Source: a virus
Taxonomy: Duplodnaviria > Caudoviricetes
Direction: 5' to 3' (one strand)
IMG/VR virus record: IMGVR_UViG_3300028284_000003
Span: 32,001-96,000 of that record
DNA length: 64,000 nt
A program made the position numbers and the translations under genes. Each line of letters opens with the position of its first letter. The first letter of the stretch is position 1. This document shows positions 55,441-64,000 of this stretch, piece after piece. Under the pieces are notes generated by a model. The model had not been told where the DNA came from. It did no database searches and saw only the letters and a list, made by a program, of their open reading frames with translations.

Positions 55441-56551
55441 TGTCTAAGTCGTAATTATTTACACAACCATTATAAAGTTGGTTTAATTTATCTTTAATTT
55501 GTTCTTTTAATTTATTGTCAAATGTAGAAGAGTCTATGTACCTTTCACAAAGTCCCATAACACTATAGTTCTTTTGCATTTCTTCTATCTCATCTAAGTC
55601 ATATAAATCCTTGTCTATAAAATTATCTTCTTGATAAATATTTGGCTCTATCCTTCTACCGATCTTTTGCACCCTGTTAATTAAATTAGACAATGCAGAC
55701 GATGTGGCTATTTCAGAAGGAACATAAAGATCTACAAAGTTATTTTTTATTTGTGCCTTAAAATTCTCAAGTGGCATATCATATAACATCTTAATATTAT
55801 ACCTAAGAAAGTGAGGAGATGTTGTATTTTCAAAGAAAGTTTCTTGCATATCCTTTAAATCTACGAGATCAAATCCTTTAGTGTTATTCATATCAGATCT
55901 TGTTAGTTGATATGGTACACCAACCATTAAGAGTTTATCCTTTTCTTGTCTATAATGAATATGGCCACTATATACTCTTGTATATTTTGAATAGATATTG
56001 CTTTCATTTCCATGTTGATTCTTTACCTTTGCGTTTAAGTAAATACCTCTAACTTCAGAATGGCAAAATACAATTTCACTCTGTGGATAGTCTGCTAATG
56101 TCTCTGCCTCATGTGCTGAATCTCTTCTCCATGGCATTAACAATATTTTTCTATCATTCCAAACATATTCAACAGGGTCTGTATAAACTTGTACATTTGG
56201 GATCCATTTAAGAGTATCTATTGAAGTAATTTCATTTGTCTTCTTAGCCCAAATATCATGATTGCCACAAATTACATGGACTGGAAGTATCTCACCTAGC
56301 CTCTCGAATAAATCCATGGCATAGTTTAAAACTTTGATGTTTATACTCTGGCGGTTGTCAAACGTATCTCCTACCTGTACTAAAACATCACCTGGTTTTA
56401 CATGTTTCTTTAATGTGGGAATAAACTCTTCCTCAAAAAAATCTTTCTGAATCTGTAGCCATTCCATGGAATTAGACCTAACTCCAAAGTGAAGATCGCC
56501 TAATACCCATACCCTTTTTACTGGTTTACTTAGAACTCCTGACTTAATCAT
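55430..56551 (-). CDS. recombination endonuclease nuclease subunit (gp47/SbcD/Mre11)
   Basis: GDLHFG, GDTFDNR, GNHD, CH and SGHIH motifs. Confidence 0.93.
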   Translation of the reverse strand: MIKSGVLSKPVKRVWVLGDLHFGVRSNSMEWLQIQKDFFEEEFIPTLKKHVKPGDVLVQVGDTFDNRQSINIKVLNYAMDLFERLGEILPVHVICGNHDIWAKKTNEITSIDTLKWIPNVQVYTDPVEYVWNDRKILLMPWRRDSAHEAETLADYPQSEIVFCHSEVRGIYLNAKVKNQHGNESNIYSKYTRVYSGHIHYRQEKDKLLMVGVPYQLTRSDMNNTKGFDLVDLKDMQETFFENTTSPHFLRYNIKMLYDMPLENFKAQIKNNFVDLYVPSEIATSSALSNLINRVQKIGRRIEPNIYQEDNFIDKDLYDLDEIEEMQKNYSVMGLCERYIDSSTFDNKLKEQIKDKLNQLYNGCVNNYDLDNEN

Positions 56552-56995
56552 TTAAAAAAGTTTACTAATGTTCTTTTTTGAAAGGATGCCTGTTTTTTTA
56601 TCTAATTCTGTAATTAGATCTTCTTTATAAACATTAGATAATGAATTATAAAACTTACTTGGAGGTATATTAAAATAATTACACAGCTCAGAAAATAAAT
56701 CTATCCTTGAGTATTTTTTAATTAATTCATCTACCATAAACCCGTATACTTCATTAATATCTATTTTTTTAAGTTTAGTTACATTTACAAATTCATCGAT
56801 TTCATTAAATTTTTTAAATCTTGAATTTTCTATAAGTTCGTGAATATCCTTAGAAAGTATTTCATAGTGTATATTTTCTTCTTCTGAAAGATTACCTCTT
56901 ACTGCTGGATCTAAATCAAAGTTAATAGATCCCTTGCCCTCCGTATCTGGAGCTTCAAAATTATTGTCAAATATTTTATCTTGTTTGTTTCTCAT
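56552..56995 (-). CDS. hypothetical protein
   Basis: 147-aa coupled ORF. Confidence 0.65.
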   Translation of the reverse strand: MRNKQDKIFDNNFEAPDTEGKGSINFDLDPAVRGNLSEEENIHYEILSKDIHELIENSRFKKFNEIDEFVNVTKLKKIDINEVYGFMVDELIKKYSRIDLFSELCNYFNIPPSKFYNSLSNVYKEDLITELDKKTGILSKKNISKLF

Positions 56996-56997
56996 AT

Positions 56998-58314
56998 CTA
57001 TATTGCGTGTAAATTACTCATTGTTATTTCTTCAGTTTCCATTAATCTCATATATGAGTAGTTAATGTCTAACTTACATTTTGTTCCCTTGCCTTCACCA
57101 TCTCTGATTTTAAGGACTTTTAATCTGTATTCATTTGCTGCTCTCATAATATCATCTTGAATAATTCCAAGCATAACATCAGCCGTATGAGAAAGACCTG
57201 CAGATTCTGCAATATCGGTCATTGTAATATCTGAAGAGTTGTAACCGCTTCTTGTAATTTGAGTTGCTGTAACGATTAGCCAATTATTTCTAATACCCAT
57301 TGCTCTAAGATCTTCTGCAATTTGCTTGATCTTCATATAGGTATTTTCAGTGTTTTGATTTCTATAATTTGCTAAGATGTTAATATAATCTATAACAACT
57401 GCTCCTAACTTAATTCCTTTTTCTTCTTCAATTTGTGCAAGATATGCTTCAATGTCAAGCACGGTAGCTTGAGACGTTGGGAATTGTCTAACATGTAAAC
57501 TACCTGGAGGAGTAAATCCATTTCCTACTGTTTCTAATTTTCTTTTAATAAAATCTTTATTCTTACCTTTTTCATTATAGTCACTAATGTTAATACCTAA
57601 AAGGTTTGCTCCGATTCTTTTAACAAATTTATGTGCTGCCATTTCAGCGGTAATGACGGCGGTGTTGGTTCCCATCTTAACGAATTGAGCTGCGTCATTT
57701 GCTAAGAAAATGGATTTACCAATATTCTGTTCACCCGCATAAACTACTAAATTACCGCCTTTGTCATATCCTCCGCCTAATACTCTATCTAAAAAGTTAT
57801 ATCCTGTACTAATTTTATCAGTCTCTTTTTGATCATGTGATTCTGCATCGAAAAAATCAAGACCAAGATCACTGTTAAATGTAAGATTATTTCTTTCATT
57901 TATTAATGTCTTAACCTTTGTAATTATATGATCAGTATTTTCAGGAGTTACAGTCGTTGTTTTAATAAACTCAATAGTGTCAATAAGAGTTGTATCAAAG
58001 TTTCTCCATTTAATCCATGATTCTGCAGTAGATGTTAGCCACTCTTCATCATATTGATCTAAGTCTACTTCAAATATTAAATTAATTATACTATCACTAA
58101 TTTTATCTTTAGCCGTTTTTGCATTTTTAACAAGAAGTCTTAACTGTTCCTTTGAAGGAGTTTCATTAAACTTCATAAAAAACTTAAGAGCAAGTGATGA
58201 AAGTATATCAATCTCTTCAGATGAATAAAAACTTGTCTTAATTGCCTGTAAATATTTAGGTTTTTCTAATGAAAACCTAAAAAACATTTTTTCATAATCT
58301 TGGCTAAATTCCAT
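56998..58314 (-). CDS. replicative helicase (gp41/DnaB-like)
   Basis: GEQNIGKS, TAEM, IDYIN, ATQITR, AES. Confidence 0.93.
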   Translation of the reverse strand: MEFSQDYEKMFFRFSLEKPKYLQAIKTSFYSSEEIDILSSLALKFFMKFNETPSKEQLRLLVKNAKTAKDKISDSIINLIFEVDLDQYDEEWLTSTAESWIKWRNFDTTLIDTIEFIKTTTVTPENTDHIITKVKTLINERNNLTFNSDLGLDFFDAESHDQKETDKISTGYNFLDRVLGGGYDKGGNLVVYAGEQNIGKSIFLANDAAQFVKMGTNTAVITAEMAAHKFVKRIGANLLGINISDYNEKGKNKDFIKRKLETVGNGFTPPGSLHVRQFPTSQATVLDIEAYLAQIEEEKGIKLGAVVIDYINILANYRNQNTENTYMKIKQIAEDLRAMGIRNNWLIVTATQITRSGYNSSDITMTDIAESAGLSHTADVMLGIIQDDIMRAANEYRLKVLKIRDGEGKGTKCKLDINYSYMRLMETEEITMSNLHAI

Positions 58315-58320
58315 AATAGT

Positions 58321-58617
58321 TTAATTAAACGGGTTGTTTATTATTTTATAGGACTCTTTACCTTTTGTTTCATTTACCGGTTCAATATAACCTTCTTTAA
58401 CTAATTTTGCTAAAGCTTTATCCACTCTTTCTGGATCTGCGTTTTTTAAATGATATTTCATACTTGCATGTTTTGTGAAATTGTGGTTAGTATCTCCAAT
58501 ATGTCTTTTTATTTTTTCATATAAAATGTCAAATCCATCTGGGTAAGAAGGCAACGTATCTTGTATTCCTAAAATATATTTAATAGGAAGTTTATCTTCA
58601 TTTATTTGTAAACTCAT
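58321..58617 (-). CDS. hypothetical protein (possible winged helix)
   Basis: L.KLVKEGYI pattern. Confidence 0.55.
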   Translation of the reverse strand: MSLQINEDKLPIKYILGIQDTLPSYPDGFDILYEKIKRHIGDTNHNFTKHASMKYHLKNADPERVDKALAKLVKEGYIEPVNETKGKESYKIINNPFN

Positions 58618-59729
58618 TCTGTAGTCTCTTCTAATATTGCGTCAACATCAACGTCTTCTGACATTGCACTATAATTAAACAGTGGCTGAATGTGCTCATT
58701 GATTTTTTCAAGTACTTCTTTTGTAAATACCTTTTCAGTAAAGAAGTCTTTATTTGAGACTGGCTTATCTAAGTGCTTACATATCCAAGTTCTTGAAGTT
58801 GCCTTAATTTCAGGTTTTCCATTTTTATCAAAACTTCCTCTATCAACTCCACAAACATCCCATGAAACATATTGTTCAAGACCTACGTAAGGATTCATTC
58901 CTTGAGTAAAGTGTAAATGAAATTTAATTGGAGTTGGCTTTGCAAATCTGTTTTTGTTTGGTTTCGCCGTAACTATAATTCCTGTTTTCTCAGTACCTTC
59001 TTTAAGTTGTGCTTTATTTAAGAATAAAACAATAGATGCTGCATATTCAGGACCTGTACCTCCACCTGCTATTTGTTGTGCAATAAAGCCTTGTGTCATA
59101 TAAGTGTGGTTAGTAAATAAGAAAGGTATTTTAAGATCTGCCAATGGAGTCATAATAATTCTAAAAATAGATTTAAGAATTTTGGCTCTTGTCATATCAG
59201 CCTTTTCACTACCACTGACTGCATCATTGATTTCTTTTTGAGTTGCCAAGTTTCCAGCACTATCAAGAATAATCATAACCTTAGGTACTGTGCCACCCGT
59301 TCTTTTTACTTCTTGCATTTTAGTTGTGATCGTTGTGATTGAATGTCTAAAATCTTGTACAGTATTTACCGGTTGATAATTAACCTTAGCTAAATCAATT
59401 CCAAACTTTGCCATTAATTGTTTATCAACAGCCGCTTCACTATCATAAAAAATAACATTGTAACCCATGTCGATTGCACGTTTTACACTATTTAATATGA
59501 GGAAAGTTTTACCTGTTCCAGAAGGACCTGCTAATGCACATGTTCTACTATTTGGCCAACCTCCAAAGAGACTACCGCTTACACATGCATTTAAATGATA
59601 GTTTCCAGTATCAATATATTCTGTTACTTCACTAAAATCACTATTTTCCATTATACTTCCTAATGGATTTATATTTGCTAATTCAGCGTTAATATCACTG
59701 AAATTAAATTCAACTTTCTTTTTTGCCAT
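58614..59729 (-). CDS. uvsX: RecA-like recombinase
   Basis: IDTG..LN...SG, GPSGTGKT, DSE.A, LDS.GNL, DMTRAK, NHTY, GGG. Confidence 0.95.
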   Translation of the reverse strand: MAKKKVEFNFSDINAELANINPLGSIMENSDFSEVTEYIDTGNYHLNACVSGSLFGGWPNSRTCALAGPSGTGKTFLILNSVKRAIDMGYNVIFYDSEAAVDKQLMAKFGIDLAKVNYQPVNTVQDFRHSITTITTKMQEVKRTGGTVPKVMIILDSAGNLATQKEINDAVSGSEKADMTRAKILKSIFRIIMTPLADLKIPFLFTNHTYMTQGFIAQQIAGGGTGPEYAASIVLFLNKAQLKEGTEKTGIIVTAKPNKNRFAKPTPIKFHLHFTQGMNPYVGLEQYVSWDVCGVDRGSFDKNGKPEIKATSRTWICKHLDKPVSNKDFFTEKVFTKEVLEKINEHIQPLFNYSAMSEDVDVDAILEETTE

Positions 59730-59730
59730 T

Positions 59731-59940
59731 TTATTTGTTTATTTTTTCGAATAACTTAGATTCTTTTTCTCTAATATTGTTTAATTCTTTTATTAAGACT
59801 TCAGCCTTTTGTTTAATATTACTCATCTCATTTTTTAAAGTATTGAATTCTTTTTGAATTGCAACATACTCTTGTAATATTAATTCTTCTTCTTTAGAAA
59901 GGTCCATAGTCTTTAATTCTTTTTTGTTTTGCTGCCTCAT
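59731..59940 (-). CDS. small coiled-coil protein
   Basis: 69-aa ORF. Confidence 0.5.
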   Translation of the reverse strand: MRQQNKKELKTMDLSKEEELILQEYVAIQKEFNTLKNEMSNIKQKAEVLIKELNNIREKESKLFEKINK

Positions 59941-60058
59941 TTACTTTTTCTGAGAAATGTTCTCTAAAATAAATTGCAACCTTTTTTCCTAATTCAGTGT
60001 AGTTTGGGTTTTCAGCCACTAATTCGCAAACGTAGTCTTCTATATTCATATGTTTATT

Positions 60059-61267
60059 TTAAAATAATGCCGAAGCATATATTAGGTTTGTATCTAATTC
60101 TTGTAAGCCTATTGCTTTAAGAACTCTGTTAATTGGATCAATCATGCATTTTCCAAATTGAGTATCGTAGTCAATTTCAGGTGCTATCTCATATGGATGC
60201 CCTCCTGGTAAATATGCGAATGTATCGCAAATAGGGTGCTTTGTATTATAGATCCTAAGTTTTTCACCATTTGCTATCATCTTATACTTATTCTTGTATT
60301 TAGAATTATTATTTAAGAGATAGTTATAAAAGCCTGCAGCCTTTACATTTGGTGGACACTTAAGTCCAATTTGAAATTCTTTATTATCGTCAATAATATA
60401 CTGTTGGATATTATTAGTTCTTCTATTAAAAGAAATATCGTCTATATTTACAAGCTTAAATTCAGTTTTACATTGCTTTAAGAATTGTACCATTTCTTGT
60501 AATTCAACTGGACCTGGCTTTGTTCCCTTTGTAAACAATAACTTAAGCGCTTCTACTAATTTTTGTCTTGCAAATAATGGAGTAGAACTTTGGATAGTAT
60601 CGTAGCCAATTGTCTTAATCTTTTTAAGAGAAGGGTGTCTATCTTTTACAGAAAGCTTATCTTCCCATGCAATATCTTGAATATACTTTTTCTTTTTCAT
60701 CCAAATACCTGAGTATGCAATAGATTCTAGTTCAAATACTAAGAAATTATCAGTATTATGGACAACTGCGTATTTTTTCATCGCTAAAGAAATAAATTCC
60801 TTAATTCTACGGTTGTAAACTTCTAATGTAAATGTTGTAACATCCATTTTTTTAGACTCATCTAACCATTCTACAGAATCATACATTTCACCAAATTGTA
60901 CGTAGTTAGAATCTGTATCTATGTAAATAACAGATGGCCTATGTAACTTGCCTTTTACCTTAATTCCAAGTTCTTCATGTAACTTAGTGTCTTTATGCCA
61001 AAAATCATTAAAGTATTTATTTAATACTGTTTCTGAATAAATAATAGCATTTTGACCTTGAAGAGTAATTGATTCTGCAATGTTAATATCAAAGAAATGA
61101 AACCACTTATTACCGAATGCACCGTAGATACTATTTAACGAAAGTTTCACGGCCTGTTCGTAGGCCGTGAACTTATTACTCATGATGTCATATTTAGCAG
61201 CAAGTGCTTCTAATTCTTCTATAGATAAATTATCTATGTTTTCTTCTACAGCTTCAGTTACTTCCAT
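60059..61267 (-). CDS. family B DNA polymerase, C-terminal subunit of a split gp43
   Basis: K..LNSIYG (motif B), YIDTDS (motif C), KKKY and SSTP present; no exonuclease domain or motif A. Confidence 0.9.
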   Translation of the reverse strand: MEVTEAVEENIDNLSIEELEALAAKYDIMSNKFTAYEQAVKLSLNSIYGAFGNKWFHFFDINIAESITLQGQNAIIYSETVLNKYFNDFWHKDTKLHEELGIKVKGKLHRPSVIYIDTDSNYVQFGEMYDSVEWLDESKKMDVTTFTLEVYNRRIKEFISLAMKKYAVVHNTDNFLVFELESIAYSGIWMKKKKYIQDIAWEDKLSVKDRHPSLKKIKTIGYDTIQSSTPLFARQKLVEALKLLFTKGTKPGPVELQEMVQFLKQCKTEFKLVNIDDISFNRRTNNIQQYIIDDNKEFQIGLKCPPNVKAAGFYNYLLNNNSKYKNKYKMIANGEKLRIYNTKHPICDTFAYLPGGHPYEIAPEIDYDTQFGKCMIDPINRVLKAIGLQELDTNLIYASALF

Positions 61268-62011
61268 CTACGCTGTTTGGCAAGTTGATATTGTTAATAA
61301 AGTATCTGACTCATTAGAATCAAAAACAACTTTGCTTGCAGAAACGTGTACGTTGTACTCTTCCTTGTCTAATAATGTTAAGTATTTTTTGTAAAGTGTT
61401 GCGCCGCCATTTCCTTCTGGTGATTGACTAACCAATACATTAAATGTCTTACCTTTAACTTCAACACCTTTTCCATTTGATTTAATATCGAATGTCTCAT
61501 CTTTTTCAAGATTAAAAAGAGATTTAAGTTTATTGATAGTGTGGTTATCAATTCCAAATTGAAAAGAATCTGGTGCTTTTGCAAATATTGCATCGATTTG
61601 ATCTGGTGTAAGATCTTTAAAGCCTAGAGATGGCTCTGAACATGCTAGAGTAATTTCCAACTCATCATTGTAAATTCTAAAAGTAGAAGCTACTAAGTCT
61701 TGTTCATTCTCTATGAATTCAATCTCGCAGCGAATTGCATCGTGCTCAAATTGTTTAAATGCTTCTATAATTCTACCTGCATCGAAGAATGCAACCTTTA
61801 ATTCTTTACCTAATTGAGGTACTTCAGTCGTTTGAAAAATACTTTCAAATGGTACTGAGTGGTGTTTTACAGCGTCTCTTTGTGGTAAATAAGCTGTTGA
61901 GATAACTTGACCATCTTTAATTTTGAAATAGATAAAAGAGTCTATTAACTTTAGTCTATTAACAAAACTTGTAAATGCATGCTGGTCTATGCGATCGATT
62001 TGTAATTTCAT
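61268..62011 (-). CDS. sliding clamp (gp45-like)
   Basis: size, beta-rich pattern and position next to the polymerase; no diagnostic motif verified. Confidence 0.55.
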   Translation of the reverse strand: MKLQIDRIDQHAFTSFVNRLKLIDSFIYFKIKDGQVISTAYLPQRDAVKHHSVPFESIFQTTEVPQLGKELKVAFFDAGRIIEAFKQFEHDAIRCEIEFIENEQDLVASTFRIYNDELEITLACSEPSLGFKDLTPDQIDAIFAKAPDSFQFGIDNHTINKLKSLFNLEKDETFDIKSNGKGVEVKGKTFNVLVSQSPEGNGGATLYKKYLTLLDKEEYNVHVSASKVVFDSNESDTLLTISTCQTA

Positions 62012-62038
62012 CTTGAATAATTTAGTTTATTTACAGAT

Positions 62039-62064
62039 TTATATGTAATAAACTAATATTGTTT
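62039..62064 (-). promoter_or_regulatory. middle promoter for the replication operon
   Basis: GAAAC-AATATTAGTTTATTAC-ATATAA. Confidence 0.75.
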
Positions 62065-62074
62065 CAATAAAAAA

Positions 62075-62743
62075 TTATAAACGAGGTGTAAATACGTAAG
62101 GTTTATTACTTTCCGCTTGTTTTACGATAATTATACAATTCTGTGCAAATGTTATGCTGTGGAATTGTTTTTGATATTTTACTACGCCAAAGTCTGGATT
62201 TAATAAATATCTATGATTAACTCCATCAATTGCAGTTTTAAATATTTCAATTATACTTTTTGGATGGCCTAAACCATATCTTGTATCATATCCATATAAA
62301 CCATCCTTTGTCCAATAAGAAGTTTCAATATCTTCGATAATATAAACTCCACCATTTTCTAATTTTGGAAAAAGAGTATTAAATGTTAGAAGTTGATGTT
62401 CAGGTATATGAGAACCATCGTCATTAATAAACCAAATCGGTTCTTCTATTTTATCAAACGCATTGTCTAAATCTGCTTGCATACTTTGGTCGGTTTTTAT
62501 AATAGTATGTCTTTCGTGTTTTTGAATGTTTTCACTAGGGTTAATGTCTAATCCATAAATATGCATATTCGGAAAAAGTTCTAACCATAGATTAAGAGAA
62601 GCTCCTCCTAAAAGTCCAACTTCTATCATTCCTCCTTTTGAATTGTAATATTTTTCAACATATTGTGGATATATCTCATGATAATTGTGAAGAGAAACTT
62701 TATCTGTACCATGTTTTTTACCTATTTCTAAAAATCTATTCAT
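62075..62743 (-). CDS. class I SAM-dependent (sugar O-)methyltransferase
   Basis: GTDK..HNY..Y, IEVG...GASL..W, GLDI, DQS, DDGSH, GGVYIIED. Confidence 0.85.
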   Translation of the reverse strand: MNRFLEIGKKHGTDKVSLHNYHEIYPQYVEKYYNSKGGMIEVGLLGGASLNLWLELFPNMHIYGLDINPSENIQKHERHTIIKTDQSMQADLDNAFDKIEEPIWFINDDGSHIPEHQLLTFNTLFPKLENGGVYIIEDIETSYWTKDGLYGYDTRYGLGHPKSIIEIFKTAIDGVNHRYLLNPDFGVVKYQKQFHSITFAQNCIIIVKQAESNKPYVFTPRL

Positions 62744-62770
62744 GCTTTATATATTATTTTTTTTAAAATA

Positions 62771-62803
62771 AAAAGAGGGAGCGTAGCGAACGATCTCCCT
62801 CTT
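62771..62803 (-). terminator. intrinsic terminator after nrdA
   Basis: AAGAGGGAG...CTCCCTCTTTTT on the minus strand. Confidence 0.75.
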
Positions 62804-62855
62804 AAATCCCGTAATTAAACGGTCCTAAAGCGTGGCCGCCGAAGCGCCACACATT

Positions 62856-64000
62856 TTAGCCATCGCATGATACGCAATCTTCACTAGTAGCGCTTGAGGC
62901 AATGTCACCTCTTAATACGCTTTCAGTTCTCATATAATAGAGAGTCTTAATACCTTGTTTGTAGGCTTCTAAATGAACTAAATTAATAAACTTTGGACTT
63001 ACTGTATTTGGAAACGCAAGATTAAGACTACAAGATTGATCGATATATTGTTGTCTTACTCCAGCCTGCTTAACTAGTTCAAGTTGATTAATTTCTTTAA
63101 ATGTTTTAAATACTTCTTTTGCTTCAACCCATTTAGTTTGTTCCATTTTATCTAAACTTTCCCATTCTAGTTTTTCAATAACTTTACCTCCCCATATATT
63201 ATGTTCTACCATGTAGTTGTCAATAAAATCTAAACCATAAACCGAACCATTATCTTCAAGAATCTTGTTCCAAACTGCATTTGTATTTTTACCAATTTTT
63301 TCTAGGAAACTTACAAGTGAAACATTTTTACGAATAAATGTACCTTTAGAAGTTTGTTCAGTAAATACATTAGCGGCCCATGGCTCAATACCTGGGCTAA
63401 CATTACCACTTAATTTAGAATTAGTTACCGTAGGTGCAACTGCTCTTAAATGTGTATTTCTCATGCCTGTACCAACACACCATAATGGCTCTCCATATTC
63501 AGTTGCAAGTTCTCTGCTTGCTGCTTCGCTCTCTAATTTAATTTGAGAAAATATCTTTCTTGTTTCAAACTGTGCTGTAAGACCTTCAAATGGAATACCT
63601 CTTTCTTGTAGATATGTATGCCAACCTAAGACGCCAAGACCAAGTGCTCTACCTTTTTCAGCAGAACGAACTGCATTTTCAAAGCCTTGTCTGTATTTTG
63701 CCTTTTGAATAAATTCTTCCATAACACCATCAAGAAACCACGTTGCGGTTCTAATTAAATCAGTGTTTTTCCACTCGTCATATTTTGTAAGGTTTAATGA
63801 ACTTAAACAACAAACAAAACTGTGATTCTCATCAGTATGTAATGTAATTTCACTACAAATATTTGTCATGTAAACTTTTAAACCATTCTTTGTATATGCT
63901 TCAGGATTTGCTCTATTAACATTTCCTTTATACATAATATATGGCTCTCCAGTTGCTTTACGTTTTTTAATAAGTGCAGTCCATCTCTTTCTTGCTTCTT
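62856..64000 (-). CDS. nrdA: ribonucleotide reductase class I alpha subunit (partial; 5' end outside window)
   Basis: TNICSE, CCLSSLN, LGLG..G, APT, S.GIEP, DQS.S.N, KTLYY and C-terminal CVSC; frame stays open to the window end. Confidence 0.95.
   Translation of the reverse strand, partial: EARKRWTALIKKRKATGEPYIMYKGNVNRANPEAYTKNGLKVYMTNICSEITLHTDENHSFVCCLSSLNLTKYDEWKNTDLIRTATWFLDGVMEEFIQKAKYRQGFENAVRSAEKGRALGLGVLGWHTYLQERGIPFEGLTAQFETRKIFSQIKLESEAASRELATEYGEPLWCVGTGMRNTHLRAVAPTVTNSKLSGNVSPGIEPWAANVFTEQTSKGTFIRKNVSLVSFLEKIGKNTNAVWNKILEDNGSVYGLDFIDNYMVEHNIWGGKVIEKLEWESLDKMEQTKWVEAKEVFKTFKEINQLELVKQAGVRQQYIDQSCSLNLAFPNTVSPKFINLVHLEAYKQGIKTLYYMRTESVLRGDIASSATSEDCVSCDG

Noticed and set aside
62771..62855. 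Known SAM riboswitch upstream of the methyltransferase
   Set aside because: Could not match SAM-I or SAM-II consensus by eye; kept only as an unassigned structured element
7107..63546. All other plus-strand ORFs and short out-of-frame minus-strand ORFs nested in large genes
   Set aside because: They lie within well-supported minus-strand genes, lack motifs and have no promoter signals
1..64000. Stop-codon reassignment
   Set aside because: Core genes are full length under the standard bacterial code; TAA, TAG and TGA all terminate genes; no suppressor tRNA seen
33087..64000. Introns or inteins in terminase, helicase, UvsX or NrdA
   Set aside because: Lengths are normal and no intein or homing-endonuclease motifs were seen; the polymerase is split rather than interrupted

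Overview
A 64-kb, AT-rich segment of a large T4-like myovirus genome. Essentially all real genes are on the minus strand. The host is probably a Bacteroidota (Flavobacteria-like) bacterium, inferred from the lack of Shine-Dalgarno motifs, early promoters resembling TTTG-N19-TAnnTTTG and a Bacteroidota-type Hc1 protein. The right half (25.5-64 kb) is the T4-like core: NrdA, clamp, the C-terminal half of a split family-B polymerase, UvsX, gp41, gp47/46, gp15, a gp55-like sigma, gp4, gp2, portal, a protease-scaffold fusion, MCP, clamp loader, RNase H, neck, terminases, sheath, tube and tape measure. The left half is accessory: a 283-aa mini alanyl-tRNA synthetase, tRNA-Ala and tRNA-Thr without encoded CCA, a CCA-adding enzyme, two HAD phosphatases, GNAT, ECF sigma, SET, Hc1, GalE, GH16, ligase, lysins, an exported nuclease and a >644-aa modular polyprotein missed by the ORF track. 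Main observations: (1) a readable three-tier promoter cascade (early ~75-bp repeat -> ECF sigma -> AAAC-N16-ATATAA -> gp55-like sigma -> GATATATA); (2) T4-internal-protein-like capsid-targeting leaders on the CCA-adding enzyme and its neighbours, suggesting a virion-delivered tRNA repair kit; (3) a minimal AlaRS with its cognate tRNA; (4) a metallophosphoesterase with every metal ligand replaced. All protein calls come from motif recognition by eye; no database searches were run.
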